Source: Antedon mediterranea
Taxonomy: Eukaryota; Animalia; Echinodermata
Length of the DNA: 64,000 nucleotides
Direction of reading: 5' to 3'
NCBI RefSeq assembly: GCF_964355755.1
Contig: NC_092671.1
Coordinates: 39,070,304-39,134,303, forward strand
The notes under the pieces were generated by a model. That model had not been told where the DNA came from, ran no database searches, and saw only the letters and a list, made by a program, of their open reading frames with translations. The position numbers and the translations under genes are program-made. Shown in pieces: positions 27,850 through 42,800 of this stretch; within the stretch, counting starts at the first letter, position 1; every line of letters begins with the position of its first letter.

Positions 27850-30800
27850 TTAGTTTAGCCTGGTTTTTTTGCTTGGGGAATCTCTTGCTTCGTCTGTTTT
27901 TCTCTTTCTGAATTCCAAGTCATTTCTACAAAAATTATTATTATTATTAGATTAAAGTTAATTGATTGAAGCTCTGTCTACACTATCAAACTAATTTTCC
28001 CAAAAAAAGTGTGATGTGCCCAAATATGGTAGTGATATGCACAAATAAGTTTGACAGTGTAAACTGATCTTTAGAGAAATGAATATGTTTTTGTTTGTAG
28101 CTTATGTGATGTCATAGTTGTTCTCCTCACCTTTTCATAATTTCAATTGCTCCTTTGCATAAATAATTGCAAGGATTTGGTTCGGGATGCTGCATTAGAA
28201 ATTCAGCAATGTACTCAGCCTTCAGACACATGATATTGTGATCAACAAGTACTTTGATGTCCACCTAAAAACAAAATAAAAATAGTTAGAAATTCATGAA
28301 TTCACTTTTTATTTTAGATCACATACATACTCTACCCAATGAATAGAAGGCATAATGATGTGATGTAACCAATTGCTGCTCAAAAATGCCTACAAAAAGA
28401 TTAATTTTCATAGAAAATGCTGTTTATTATAAGGCATATGATATTAATGGATAAACAAAATAAATCGAATACTAACTCTGCTAGCTAGCGGCTTGAGCAC
28501 TTTCAGTGGATTATGTGTGCTAAATAAATTATCATTATTATGATATTTTAATATTTAAGCCTTATGTTGAGATTTTTAATTAATTAATTTATTTTATTTT
28601 ATTCAGTTGTCAACCAACAGCGATGAAACCGCCACTAACAGGTTGAATCTAAACATAATAAAGTATAAAATGTATTCAAATAAGCAACAAAAACATAAAC
28701 AAAGATTGGAACATTATAGAGATTTAACAATTTTACCCTTAAATACATTTAAACTATCATAAAATAAAATCAATATCCAAAGTAACAACCATTGAAACCG
28801 CCACTAACAGGTTGAATCTAAACATAATAAACTATAAAATAAAAAAATGTCATCTCTGGTCAGCAGAAACTATTATTATTATTATTGAACTATAGCCTTG
28901 ATTATTGTATACATACCTGTGAGGCATGGTCTGTGGTGATAAAGGCATGAGTGGCATCAACGTAGTGATTACTCTTAAACGGAGGGCACGCTGCAAGTAT
29001 CTTAGCGCCACCTGTTTCAAGTAGTCGTTTAAATCCTCCCTCTTTACTTTTGTTGACGCACAGTAGTACACGCCAACTACCAAACGCACCGTCCGAATAA
29101 CCATCCTGTCAATTATAACAAGAAGAAAACGAGTTGGTATCTTAATATACCCTTTTCACATCTGCATAAATTGGTACAACTTGTAACCAGATTTGATCTC
29201 CTGATTTATTAAACGTTTTCATACACGCATATTCAAACCATGAGAGAGCGTAGTTATGCGATATGTGATTACTATGATTGGTCAATTTAATACTAGGGTA
29301 ATACACGCAGTAAGAACTCGGAACATCTCGGAACAAAAACAGGCCTCTCATCAGTGTGGGTTTCTTTAGGCCTACCTTATCTATATCCTCCTGTATTGTT
29401 TTCCTCCATCTTGATGCTGGTAGGGCCAACTTTGCAATCTTTTTATCACGTAAACTTGACGAGTTCAATGGCGAACCCCATTCATGAATATCTTCCTATT
29501 AAATAAATGTATTAATATACAAAAAGTAATTTTCCCTCTAAAACTTAGTGTGTTCCATAAAATTGTATTTATTCACGTTAATCATAAAGCTCTGTCTACA
29601 CTATCAAACTAGTTCATTAAAAAAATGTGATATACCCAAATATGATATCTCCGTGTATATATATGGGTATATAACATTTTTGTCACAAAAAATTTGGTAG
29701 TGTAGACAGAGCTTAAGCGTTGGTACTGTTTGGCAGCCCATTTTTCTCAGGTAGGCTATTTGGATTAGTACACCAGTGTAAACATATACAGGGTTCCAAT
29801 AACATTTAAATAACTTTTAAATTGTTCATTATGTGTAACCTACTTGTGAATTTTGCTTCACTCAACAGAAGGTGAAATTTGTATTAATAAAACAAAATTA
29901 CCTCAACAAAGTGCTGAGCATCCCGACAAGCTTCAAGGTACGACTTGTGAAGGATCCATCTGCCAGTTGACAGTGCAGACAGATACTTCTCATTGCGAGA
30001 TGGCTGGCCTACTATAAGGTGAGTAGTTGATTTGTCAAAATATGTTGCATCTTTTACAATTCCACCAAGTTGTTCAATGAGGGCAGCATAATCTAACTTC
30101 TCCTGCGGTCTTAGCGACGACATCATGAATACCGGAGGTGATTTTTCTTTCTGCTTAATTCAAGAAAAAGAATTATAAATGTTACAAATCATCAAATACA
30201 GTACTGTATTGCTTTAATTAAAATCATAATGATGATGATTATAATACAGCTGACCTCCCAAGCCTGCCGATAATCGCGTGAGATTTCCAATATTTTGAGT
30301 CATTCTCCTGCCTTCTGCTTAGGGGTAATTTCTCCCAATTATTTTTTATATCGAAAAAAAATGTATAATTATTTATCTACTAAGCATTAGTTTGTAAAAT
30401 AAAAGTGTTTCCTCAACAAATTTCCTGCCAGGACTGGCTTTAATAGCACCCTCTATAAGCACTATCAACCTAGTTTGACATCCAATCTACATGGTAGATG
30501 AATGAAGCTATTGTTGTAACCACGTGACTATCTGGCGTAGGTTTTTTTAAATATTTATTTATATATATATATTTTTGTTTCCTTTGTTCTTGAGCTATGG
30601 AGAATTAATTTTTTTTTTCCGAAATAAAAGATGAATGAATGAAAAAAGTGTGATGTGCCCAAATATGGTAGTGATATACAAAAATATGGTAGAAATATGA
30701 CATCATCATGTGCATATATGGGCACATCACATTTGTTTGATAATAGAGCTTTAGAATCTCTTTCTATTCTATTAATTGGCAATTACTTACCAAAACTTGT

Positions 30801-33800
30801 TTCTTTTGTTCTTCTGATAGTGGTGCTGGGGCCACAGGTGGCTGTGCATGGGGCAATCTGATTGGTGGTGCTCTTAAAGCTTCTTCTTCTAACATCTTAT
30901 CCTCATTGTCCATTTCATTTGATAACATCTCTTGAGCTTTCATTAATTCTCTCACTGTAGTATTCGAGTTCTAAAACGCAAAAAAATAAGTTCATTTAAG
31001 AATAACCAGTGTAACGACAACACACATAGGACAACAAGACTTAAGCTCTGTCTACACTATCAAACTTTATGTGACAAAAAAAGTGATGTGCCCATATATG
31101 GACATGATGTCATATTTACTACCCTATTTGGGCATATCACTACCATATTTGGGCACATCGCACTTTTTTTGGTCAAACTAGTTTGATAGTGTAGACAGAG
31201 CTTTAAATAGAGTAAGAGGAAAGAAAATGTGGGAAAAGGAAGCAAGGAGACACTTGTATGTTAATGAGACATGTGTGTGCTAATACACTTACATTCTCCG
31301 AGGTTTCACTCTCATCTGATGACTTTTGTGGTCGTGTTGGACTGCTTGACCGTTGGAGTTGTTCCATTATTTCTTTACGCACTTCACGGCCAGTCGGATC
31401 ATCCCAGGTGATTTGAATATTCTGAGACGCTTCGATTGGAATTTCAGATGAATGCCCTACAAACAAAATCAGTCAAGCATTCAGTGTAGCAAGAAACAAA
31501 CTTTAAAACACATCTTTTAAGAAGAAATTACTTTATATTACTTGGCTAACTTAGCTAGAATGGCAGAATATTCATCATCAGAGTGTTTACTCAGGCCTAT
31601 ACCTACACAGCCTTAAACAAAATATGATGGTCAACACACGCACACCATTTCCTGGTCAGCTGTTGTTCTTTGGAATACCCTTCCAAACTCAATCACAAAA
31701 ACTGAATCACTCGCCACATTTAAACTCCTCAAATCCCACTTTTCTAATTTGCACTTTCAACATTAATTTTTTGCTCTTTTCGTTTTTTACAATTTCTGTT
31801 TGTTTTTGATTGCTTAGAGGGCACCCTCCATTTTGCAATAAATAAATTGAACATTATTATTGTCTACCTTTGAGCGACTTGGATTCGTTCTTCTCCGTTA
31901 TGGTCGTCATCATCTTTGACCTAGGTCGGCGGGTCGATCCACTGTTGTTTAATCCCGAATCAGAATCATTTCCAGTTGATGACGTGGTGTTTAACCTCCT
32001 ACTACGGCGCTTACTACCACCCTTGTTTGACCTACAACATTCACAAAACTCAAATAAATCACTACCCACATTTTATAAAATAAAATACTTAACTTACTTC
32101 AAAATTTAATAAAACAGTGTTTAATCTCGGTATAATTTGTCAAGTTACATTTATTGTCAAGTTACATTGTTTGTCAAGTTACATTGTTTGTCAAGTTACA
32201 TTGTTTGTCAAGTTACATTTTTTGTCAAGTTTCATTGTTTGTCAAGTTATATTGTTTGTCAAGTTACATTTGTTGTCAATTAAATTTCTTGTCAAGTTAC
32301 ATTGTTTGCCAAGTTACATTGTTTGTCAAGTTACATTGTTTGTCAAGTTACATTTTTTGTCAAGTTTCATTGTTTGTCAAGTTATATTGTTTGTCAAGTT
32401 ACATTTGTTGTCAATTAAATTTCTTGTCAAGTTACATTGTTTGCCAAGTTACATTGTTTGTCAAATTACATTTTTTGTCAAGTTACATTTTTTGTCAATT
32501 AAATTTCTTGTCAAGTTACATTTATTGTCAAGTTACATTTATTGTCAAGTTACATTTGTTGTCAAGTTACATTTTTGTCAATTAAATTTCTTGTCAATTA
32601 AATTTGTTGTCAAGTTACATTTGTTGTCAAGTTACATTTTTTGTGAAGTTACATTTTTGTGAAGTTACATTTTTTGTCAAGTTACATTTTTTTTTCGCAT
32701 TACATTTTTTGTTAAGTTACATTTTTTTGTCAAGTTACATTTTTGTCAAGGATTCTGTCAGGATTTGACCTTGACATCTGCACAGACATACTTACATTGT
32801 TGATGTCATCAGTTGTTCGATCTGCTTCTGGAAGTCCTCCCTCTCCTCTAATGATCCTTCCTTTTCCATTTTATTTTCTTCTTTTAATTCGCCGATCTTT
32901 TCTTCTACTCCTTTTTCTTCTCCTTGTTGCTCCATTGCATCAATCATCAGCAATTCTTCATCAGTTATCGTATCTCTCATCACAGTTGATTTTGATGCTG
33001 ATACGGATTGTTCCATTTTAGAAGCAGGGGGTGCTAACTCTATTGCCTGGTCTTTGGTTGATTTTGAATCGGATTGTTTCATTTTAGAAGCAGGGGGTGC
33101 TAAATCTATTCCTTTTTCTTTTGTTGCTTTTTTGACAGCAGGTGTAGTAGAAGTGGACGACAGAATCGTTTTACGTGTTGAACGTCTATTAGAACGCACT
33201 GGTGTTTTTGACACCGTCTGCAGAACAAGATCTCAAATGTTAGTGGTTTAAGTTGCTGGCATAAAGTGAGTCATACATAAGGTCTTTACAAAAGTTGTAC
33301 TTAAGAAATATAGAGGGTGTGTATAGAAAATGTCAAAGTAAATAGTTATTTTGGGGTAAACAATTTTTAGAGGCAGAATAATAATTGGTGTGCCAATTGA
33401 AAGGATTAATTTTTTTATGTGGGCTTTTATTCAATCGTAATACAGCATTCAAGATTCTGACCACCCACTTTCTTATCTATAGCACAATTAAATATAATTT
33501 GACACACCCGACTGTACAATGGTATTTTATACAGGTGTTAACTTTTTTTTTTATTTCCAGAATACATGTACAATACTGTATTATGCTAAATAATATATGT
33601 ACACTTTAAAATTTGTAAAACATTGCTTTTAAAAATTAAAAAAAATTAACAATATTTGGTGATTAGCGTTAATTATTTGAACAGTAAACTATTAGTAGTG
33701 TTCTTACAAGGCTCAACTTTGGGTTGTAAGTGTGAGGATACAAGGACACATCAACATTAACTCTTTCCTCTTGACACTGCAAAGATACAGACTATATTTA

Positions 33801-36800
33801 CAAACAGCATGAAATGTTGTATAAAATGTTCATAAACATATTAAATATGTATATGCAAGTCATCAAATATAAATTTGCCTTTATATTCCTAGACTTTTAG
33901 TGTTTTATTAATTTTTTTATTTATTCAATTTCTACAAAGAAAAAGACAAAACAAAATATAAGACATATATTCAAATTTTAACTATTTCAATGATTTTAAA
34001 TTTGTTTTATTAAGAATTTTAATGTATTTTAATTCTAATTGTATAACTCTTTTTAATTTCCATTTTGGTTAGCCACTTGATAGTGGTTCATTTCGCTTCT
34101 GGGTTAACCAGTCTTTTGGATTTGGAACTTGTTTTTTCCTTTTTTGGTTCTGTTCTGTATTTGTCCCATGGCAGATAGGAAGTTATGGAGAAATCTAGTC
34201 ATATAAGTTTAGGTATATCCCTGACTAAGTAAATATATATTTGTTCTATTCTGACAAAATAAATGAGACATGAGACGCTTTCTGCGAATAAATCAGAATC
34301 CATTTAATGATGTCTGTATCTTAAATAAAACAAAGACTTAACAGCAAGATGGTGGAATCAAATCAAATGTTTGATAAGAAAGAACTTAGCCTACAGCAAA
34401 GAGCCAATGGGGTGACACAATGTACTTCTGTTGTTGTCTTGCTATTTTTAGTTCCTTACTGCTGTCTTTTGCTTTCCCCTAAAATAAAAACATTAGAGTC
34501 ACTTCAAAAACAATAATTAAATGAACAAATTAAAATTATAAAATTAACAAATAAACTAATTGAAGTTAACATATTCACACTTCTGTGTTCCGCCATTGAC
34601 CTATGCTGGTTTCCTCTTCAGCTCTTTTCCAAATGTTAATTTAAAAAAAAAAATAAATATTCCATAACAATTTTGAAGAAGCTACTTATTTTTGTATTTA
34701 CAAAACTACTGATTGTACGACTTTATACCATGAAATGAAGTGGTCTAATGTTTAGGACATCTGCATATCTGGGTTCGAATCTCGGCTGAGGCGACTTTTT
34801 TTCATTCTCACAGATTTCCTCATTTTATCGTTTCAAATTAATTAATTAAATTTCAGTATGTCACTGGGTGGTTTAGAATTAATGTTCTGTGCCTAATGTG
34901 TTTATATTGCACAATTAGAAAAAAAATATTTTAAATAAGTTTAACATTTTGAACCAATTTTATCCCTTTCCACGATATATTATGTTTTATTTATGTTTAC
35001 AATAACTCCTGTAAATATTAAAACTTATCTTTTGGTAAATAAAAGAAAGTGGGTAAATGTTTGTCAAGTGGTGCGAGGATGCAACAAATGAATATGTGAG
35101 TGAACAGTAAAAAAATGGAAAAAAACCCAAAAAACATGGAATGAATCATTTGTCAAAGGAATAGACAATAAGATTTCATATACAAGGCACTATATACCTG
35201 ATATATAAAATGCGTGCATCCATCATCGTACGTCCATCTAAAATCAGCTCCAAGTTCTGTAGCTATCCGGTTGTACTCTGTAAACTTTTTACTCAATTTC
35301 ATGCTCACACAGATGATGACACCTTTTAACACGCCATCATCATTCTGTGAACTCGAACACTAATAAGAACACAAATAAGATAGTTTAACAAGAAAATGTA
35401 TTTTACCGCCATTTTTCATTTCAAAATTTTAATTAATATCGTAGCTAAAATTTTAAATGAGAAAATATATGGTTAATACTGAATTCTGGCATCTTACTAT
35501 GTAAATATACCTGTATTTTAACTACTTTAAACACTTACTTTTAATTGTCAAAAATGTACTTATATGTATATAATATATTCATCAATGAGAATTTAAATAA
35601 ACGTGAGAAGAACTCACACAAGACAAAAAAATCATCATTCTGTGACTGTAACATTATGGTTATGGGTTAAAATAAACACAAAAATCAGTAGTAGAATAGA
35701 ATAGAAGTCTTCTCTGATAAGGACTATAAACCGTAGGTCCTATGTACACATCTAGCTCATGTGCACTTTAAAGAACCTAGTACATCTTTCAAGACGAGTA
35801 GGGGGTTACCTTGGTGTACTAGTACATCACAGCCACTGATCATAATTGGGATCTCTGGGAGACCAGTCTTTGATTAAAGAGGTCACTAAAGAGGTCACCC
35901 AGTACATAAATAAATAATAAACAAACTCAAATAAAAAAATATAGATTACCTCTTCAAATACATCATCTGAACGTTGGTCGATGACAGAGTTTTTCAGGGC
36001 AATTTGCAACTGCCCCTTCAAAAAATCATCTATGGACTAAAACAAAGATTAATATATTAACATCTGTCTAAACAAAAATAGTTTTCTACATCAGACTGTA
36101 CTCCTGTTAATATATAAACTTTAATTATCTGTATCCGTAACGTACACCATCTCTGGTTATCGTGTACTACGCGAGTACGTTGGTTAGGGACAACAACAAA
36201 AAATTAATTTTTTTCATAAATGTGCAATTTTAAATTATTATTATAATAAGAAAGTTTTTTAGCCATTTTTTATTAGATGTTTGTGTTGTTGTAGTGCTTA
36301 TCTGTGTTGAAGCAATTTTTCCGTGATTTTTTTTTGTTTAATTTATATATATATATGATATGCCAGTTTTCAAAACAAATTTCTGTCAATTTTTAAATGG
36401 ACAAATAAAGATATCATGACTATGAGTAGTATTTAAATTTGTTTTCTTCAAATAATTTTCATTTGTAACTAATTAACAACAACATACAAACTTACCATAT
36501 TGCTTTTCCTTGATTTTTTTCTTTCATTTGGAGGGGTTTTCAAGAAGTTCTTAAGTTCCTCACTTATGATAAACTTAGGGCGATATCCAGGAGCAAGGAA
36601 GACAGAAGGACTCTCTCTATTTGGAGAAGATGTACTAGCAGTCCTTTGGAGCTCAGAATGCCTTCGGTTCACTGCCTTTGGTGTCTTTAGATCATCACTT
36701 TCAGTTGTAGTGGATTTGTTAGGAAGTCTTTCACATGTTTCTATTGGCTCATCTGACTTTTCAAAACGTTCTTTAGTCACATTTTCTTCGTGAAAGTCTG

Positions 36801-39800
36801 TGACGTTATTTAAATTTTGTATCACCACCTCATCATCATCATCCTCTTTCTCCTCTTCTGTAACCATCTCTTCTTCAATATCCTGATTCTCTTTTTCCAC
36901 TTCTGCCATTTCTTGAACGTGCTGATTTTCATTTTCCTCTACGTCTTCTGCCATTTCTAGAACTTCCTCCTTTTCATTTTCCGCTACATCTTCTGCCATT
37001 TCTAGAACTTCCTCCTTTTCATTTTCCACTACATCTTCTGCCATTTCTTGAACTTGCCAATTTTTTTTTTCCACTACGTCTTCTGACAATTCCTGCTTCT
37101 TTTCTTCTACGTGTATCATTTCTTCTTTTTCTTCAACATCCACATTCTGTTCTACAACCTCCTTCATCCTAACCTCCATTTCTTGCAGATTCTGTTGAGG
37201 TGTAACCCTTTTACCATCAGGTTGATTAATGCCATTTGTTGACTGTACTGTACCAGTGCATTCTTGATTATCAATTAAATAATTATCTTCATCTGCATGT
37301 CGACATTGCTGAGCACACTCAAGAATCCACCTGTAACAATTATGCAGTGAAAACATAATTTATGTAAATATGATAGGCCACCTGTATTACATACATATCT
37401 TTTTCTCTACTATATGACTGCCTAATTGTCTATCGCAATCATTTTCACTTATCAGTAATATTAAATAATAAAAAATAAATATTCTTACCCAATACCAACT
37501 GCAGGAATTTTCCATTTCTTTGCGGCGTCATACTTCGTTCCTTCAGGATCTTTTAGTAACAGATGAGTGTTAGCTTTTACGTTATTCTTAGCCTTACGGC
37601 TTAAGTACTCTTGGCAGGTGGCTCCCAACAAAGTAGCTATATGTAACAAGCAGTCTCGCTCAACACCAATGTACTGACTGATAAAAGGAAAAACTAATTC
37701 AGTATTGATATTCCAAACATCACGCAACATAAACATGGTAGTAAAATAAATTATGTCATCAAAAAAGATGAAAAAACTAATTCAGTATTGTCATTCAAAC
37801 AATGCTTGACTCTATATTCAATATTACCATTGACACAGTAGTAAAATAAATTATGTCCTCAATAAAAAACTGAGCAAAATTCTTGGAAAAATACAGAGTG
37901 ACAGAGAGCGTGCCATTTAATATTTTGGCCCATAAATGAAGATACAGCTAACTTTAGATTTTATTTTATAAAATTGTTAAAAAACATTTAAAGCAAGTAA
38001 TTTAATTTATCAAAAAGTAATAATAAAATAGAAAATTTGTATGTTACATAAAGGGGAAAAGTGGTAGTTTACACTCTGTAAAACCAGTAGATGAGGGCAC
38101 GTGGCGCAGTTTGGTTCAAATCCAACTCTCGCCGCATTGCTTAGGCAAGACAATTTACTTACATTTGCCTCTCTTCACCCAGGTGTATAAAATAGGTATC
38201 GCTTAGATTAAGACACAACTTTGCTCTGATTACTTGCTGCATTATGGGAGTATGCTTCCATACGCGTTTGATCAAAAAAATGACCGGGGTAATAATGTGC
38301 AGCGCATTGAGAGCTTGCTTATACAGAATGCGCTATATAAGAATGAACTAATACATATATAGAATATATATAGAATTGAGTACCTGACAGTTAAAACACA
38401 ATCTTTCAAAGGTTTTTTATTGAGGTCAAGCAGAATTGGTAGATAGAGCGGATGACTTGAAACCTGATAAACCTCTTGAAACTCCATACATTTCTGCAAC
38501 CAGCAATTGGTGGCCACATTGCAAATGTTAGAAACGGCCTTAGTAACTACATTCGGCACTATCTGGTAATCAGCTTTAGAATTATCACTTGTCGATATCA
38601 CAATGCCTAAAATAATAAAATATGATGATATATTTTACACAATGTCCAGGGGTGATTTTGATTGTTTTACTCGATAATTACCTTTAAAAGGATTTTTTAT
38701 TTATTTTTTATTTATTTCAATTAGCGATCAGGGGGATCCCGTCATTTACAGACTGGAATACATAAAAAAACAAGACAAAAAAAACATCAACAAGGTCCAC
38801 AAGAACCAATTACAAACAATTCTTAATTTTGGATTTAAATAAATGTTATTAATATATTAATACAGCTGCACAGTAGAACCCCTTTCGGACATTGTCGCAA
38901 TAAAAGGAACACTATATGCCCAAATATGGTAGTGATGTGCCCAAATATGGTAGTGATGTGCCCAAATATGGTAGTGATGTGCCCAAATATGGTAGTGATG
39001 TGCCCAAATATGGTAGTGATGTGCCCAAATATGGTAGTGATGTGCCCAAATATGGTAGTGATGTGCCCAAATATGGTAGTGATGTGCCCAAATATGGTAG
39101 TGATGTGCCCAAATATGGTAGTGATGTGCCCAAATATGGTAGTGATGTGCCCAAATATGGTAGTGATGTGCCCAAATATGGTAGTGATGTGCCCAAATAT
39201 GGTAGTGATGTGCCCAAATATGGTAGTGATGTGCCCAAATATGGTAGTGATATGCCCAAATATGGTAGTGATATGCCCAAATATGGTAGTGATATGCCCA
39301 AATATGGTAGTGATATGCCCAAATATGGTAGTGATATGCCCAAATATGGTAGTGATATGCCCAAATATGGTAGTGATATGCCCAAATATGGTAGTGATAT
39401 GCCCAAATATGGTAGTGATATGCCCAAATATGGTAGTGATATGCCCAAATATGGTAGTGATATGCCCAAATATGGTAGTGATATGCCCAAATATGGTAGT
39501 GATATGCCCAAATATGGTAGTGATATGCCCAAATATGGTAGTGATATGCCCAAATATGGTAGTGATATGACATCATCATGTCCATATATGGGCACATAAC
39601 ATTTTGTTGTCACATAAAGTTTGATAGTGTGGACAGAGCTTAATAGCTAATTTGAAATCAAATTTAATGTAAACACCTCCTTCTGCATTTATCATGTTGG
39701 TAATCTCTTCTTCTTCATCTTCAAGAAATTCAAGAATTGTAAATTTCTTTCCTGTGAAGATTCCATTTTCTAACTCTTCATCTGGAACATCTACTTCTAA

Positions 39801-42800
39801 AAAAACATTTGAATTGAAGTATTTATAAACATTTTATGCACTGTATCTGGTGAAATATGGTGTTGTAGCTTGGTGATTAATGTGCTTCCAATCCAAAGAT
39901 CCTGGGTTCAATTCTCATGTAGTGGAAGTAACTCCACTTCTTGAGACTTAGTTTAGGTTTATAAGCACAACATATACAGTATATGCGAATAAAAATAGTT
40001 TGATAGGTTTCATTTTATTTGAACAATATTAACTGAATGGGGTCCCCAAATACAAACAGAAAACATTGCAACTTCCTAATTTTAATATTAAAAACATTAC
40101 ATAGTAACAATTTTAAATATATTTAAAACATTTATAAAATTAACAATGATTTAAAATAATTACCAATATCTTGCTGAATTTGTGTAGCATCATCATCATC
40201 ATCTTCCTCTTCTTCTTCACTTTTCTTATTACCTGCATAATCTGTACAGACAAAACCTTGGTTTATAGAAAATATTTCACTTTTAAGCTCTGTCTACACT
40301 ATCAAATTAGTTTGACAAAAAAAGTGTGAAGTGCCCAAATATGGTAGTGATATGCTAGTGGTATAACATCATCATGTCCATATATGGGCACATCACATTT
40401 TTTTGTCACAAAGTTTAATAGTATAGACAGAGCTTTAGCTTATAAAAATACTTTTTTAGAAAAAAAAGTGGTTTTAGTAGTCTTGTTAACAATACCATCA
40501 GCCATTTATGTTATCGCCAAAAGAGTAACTCTCTCTCCATCCTTCCTTACTCTTTTATCTTTTGGTTCCCATATGTTCTTTAAAAATGGAAACCACAATT
40601 TCATTCATTCAGGCTCATTGCTTTAATTTCATTTATATCACGTAAACAACAAAACTGAGTAACAAATATTAATTTCATATATATAAATATAAATAGTATG
40701 ATAATTATATGTATAATTAAATATGTAGATATGATTTTAGTCCACCTCTAGTTGATTTGTCGAGGTACTGAAGCATGACATCATCTTCTTGGTCCTCTAT
40801 GCTAACACTGCTAACCTTCTTTGCTGGCTTCTTTTTATCCTTTACACTAAAACAAAATTAACAATCAATGCAAAAAAAAAAAATGCATTCTTTCACGTTT
40901 TCACAAAATTATGCTGTTTTTTTTTCATATATTTTTTTATTTTATAAATTATGTTGGTGGCATGTTTTTATTTATTTTTTTCCCCGTACCTTGATAATAC
41001 CGCAGTTGATAATATTGAAATATTTCCATTTTTGAGGCAACTAATAATAGTTCAATTTCGGATAGTGCAGAGACAATCAGTTAGGCGCTCTGTACTTTGT
41101 AGGGCGCCATATAAAAACATGTATAGAATAATAATAGACAAATCATCATAAAAAAATTCAACATAGGCCTTACTTAATACAGTCGAACATAGATTTTTTG
41201 TACGGTTCTTAAACGAAAGATGTAAGTAAAACATGGTATTTGTAAAATCCATGTTGACCTTAAATTGACCCCCAAATATGTAGATCGTACCTAAAAAGTA
41301 GTGATGTAATTCAGTATTTGAATTTGAATGTTATCTCGCCTAAATTGGACTTTTATTATATGATCGTATAGTACAAAACACTTTATATTCAAAAACAAAA
41401 TCAAACGATATTTACTTACGTTTCAACCGGTATCTTTAAGTTTTCAAAACAGGTTGTTGGTACATCTAGGCAGATGTATGGTTGTTCTGATACCATGGCT
41501 GTCTGCTTAAAACATTCCACTAGCCATTCAACAGTCACTACTTCAGGCCTAATACATTATTAAAATATTAATTGGCGATTCTGAATAATTAGTTTTGATA
41601 GTTTGGCATTCATCATTGGAAATATTATTATTATTTTATTATTATTATTATATCATCATGGTATACATAGAAAATGCTGTTGCTTCGAGACAACATACAG
41701 TACAAAAAAAACCAGTGAAAAGTACAATTATAATTACAAAAATACAATCTTATTATATTATTTATTCTTTATACTGGGTAGCTTCTTCAGTCAAAGACTG
41801 TTCTTCCATCGAAAGATGTACTAGGTTCTTTAAAGTACGCGGGACCTACGGTTTATAGCCTTGCCGATGTTATGGCTACGTATTTACGGCTCCACTGTCT
41901 TAACCGTTTAGCCACTTACTTGCCTTATATTGATTGATCGATCGATTGATGGTCTATTATTGATTATATTGATTATATTATTGATGGTCTATTATTTCAG
42001 TTATTCTGCTAAGTTAATAGCCTACAGATAACCATTATAAGTGTGTGTACTACAAACATGATGAAATATTAACTATGTATGGATGACCGTGTTCGTACGG
42101 CGATTGAAATACACGTTTATTTGGTTTTTACCCTTGGGGTAAAACCCATACGACGTTCGTACGAATAAACAAAGTACCGGTAAGCTGACACGAAACCAAT
42201 TAAGATCGGAATTCTTAGGTCAAAAAGCGCCCTCTGTGCGTCGACCCAATCGTTCAATTATTATTTTTCAATCGACAACCAGACCTATATATTTATAATA
42301 TATCGAATACAATTTGCTTTTTAAATAAATAATGATCGAAAATCCTGCTAACGTATGTTGTTTGTTGACCACGTGTATTTATCGTGCGAGCCGAACTATT
42401 GTTGTGGAAATTCCATTTAATGTACACGCACTGTACCCCTCTTGTAAAAATCACCACGTGTATTTATCGTGCGAGCCGAACTATTGGTGTGGAAATTCCA
42501 TTTAATGTACACGCACTGTACCCTTCTTGTAAAAATCACCACATGTATTTATCGTGCGAGCCGAACTATTGTTGTGAAAATTCCATTTAATGTACATGCA
42601 CTGTACCCCTCTTGTAAAAATCACCACGTGCATTCATCGTGCGAGCCGAACTATTGTTGTAAAAATTCCCCCTCTTATCGTGCGAGCCGAACGGTTGATG
42701 TGGTAATTCACAGACACCAGGCTACCACAATACAGAACTCCCTGCCGTTACATGTACATTATAAGCCACCGATTCGCAAGTTCAGGTCACCGGAAAAAAA

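Noticed and set aside
32117-32662. Hydrophobic 181-aa and 143-aa ORFs
   Set aside because: Translation of a 17-bp minisatellite.
38857-39613. 200+ aa repeat ORFs (PKYGSD, HYHIWA, SLPYLG) and CRISPR-like appearance
   Set aside because: Stop-free 21-bp satellite with no spacers, derived from a MITE.
40493-40580. Possible extra TOPBP1 exon (purine-rich on the minus strand)
   Set aside because: Stops in all three frames, and the flanking exons join in phase without it.
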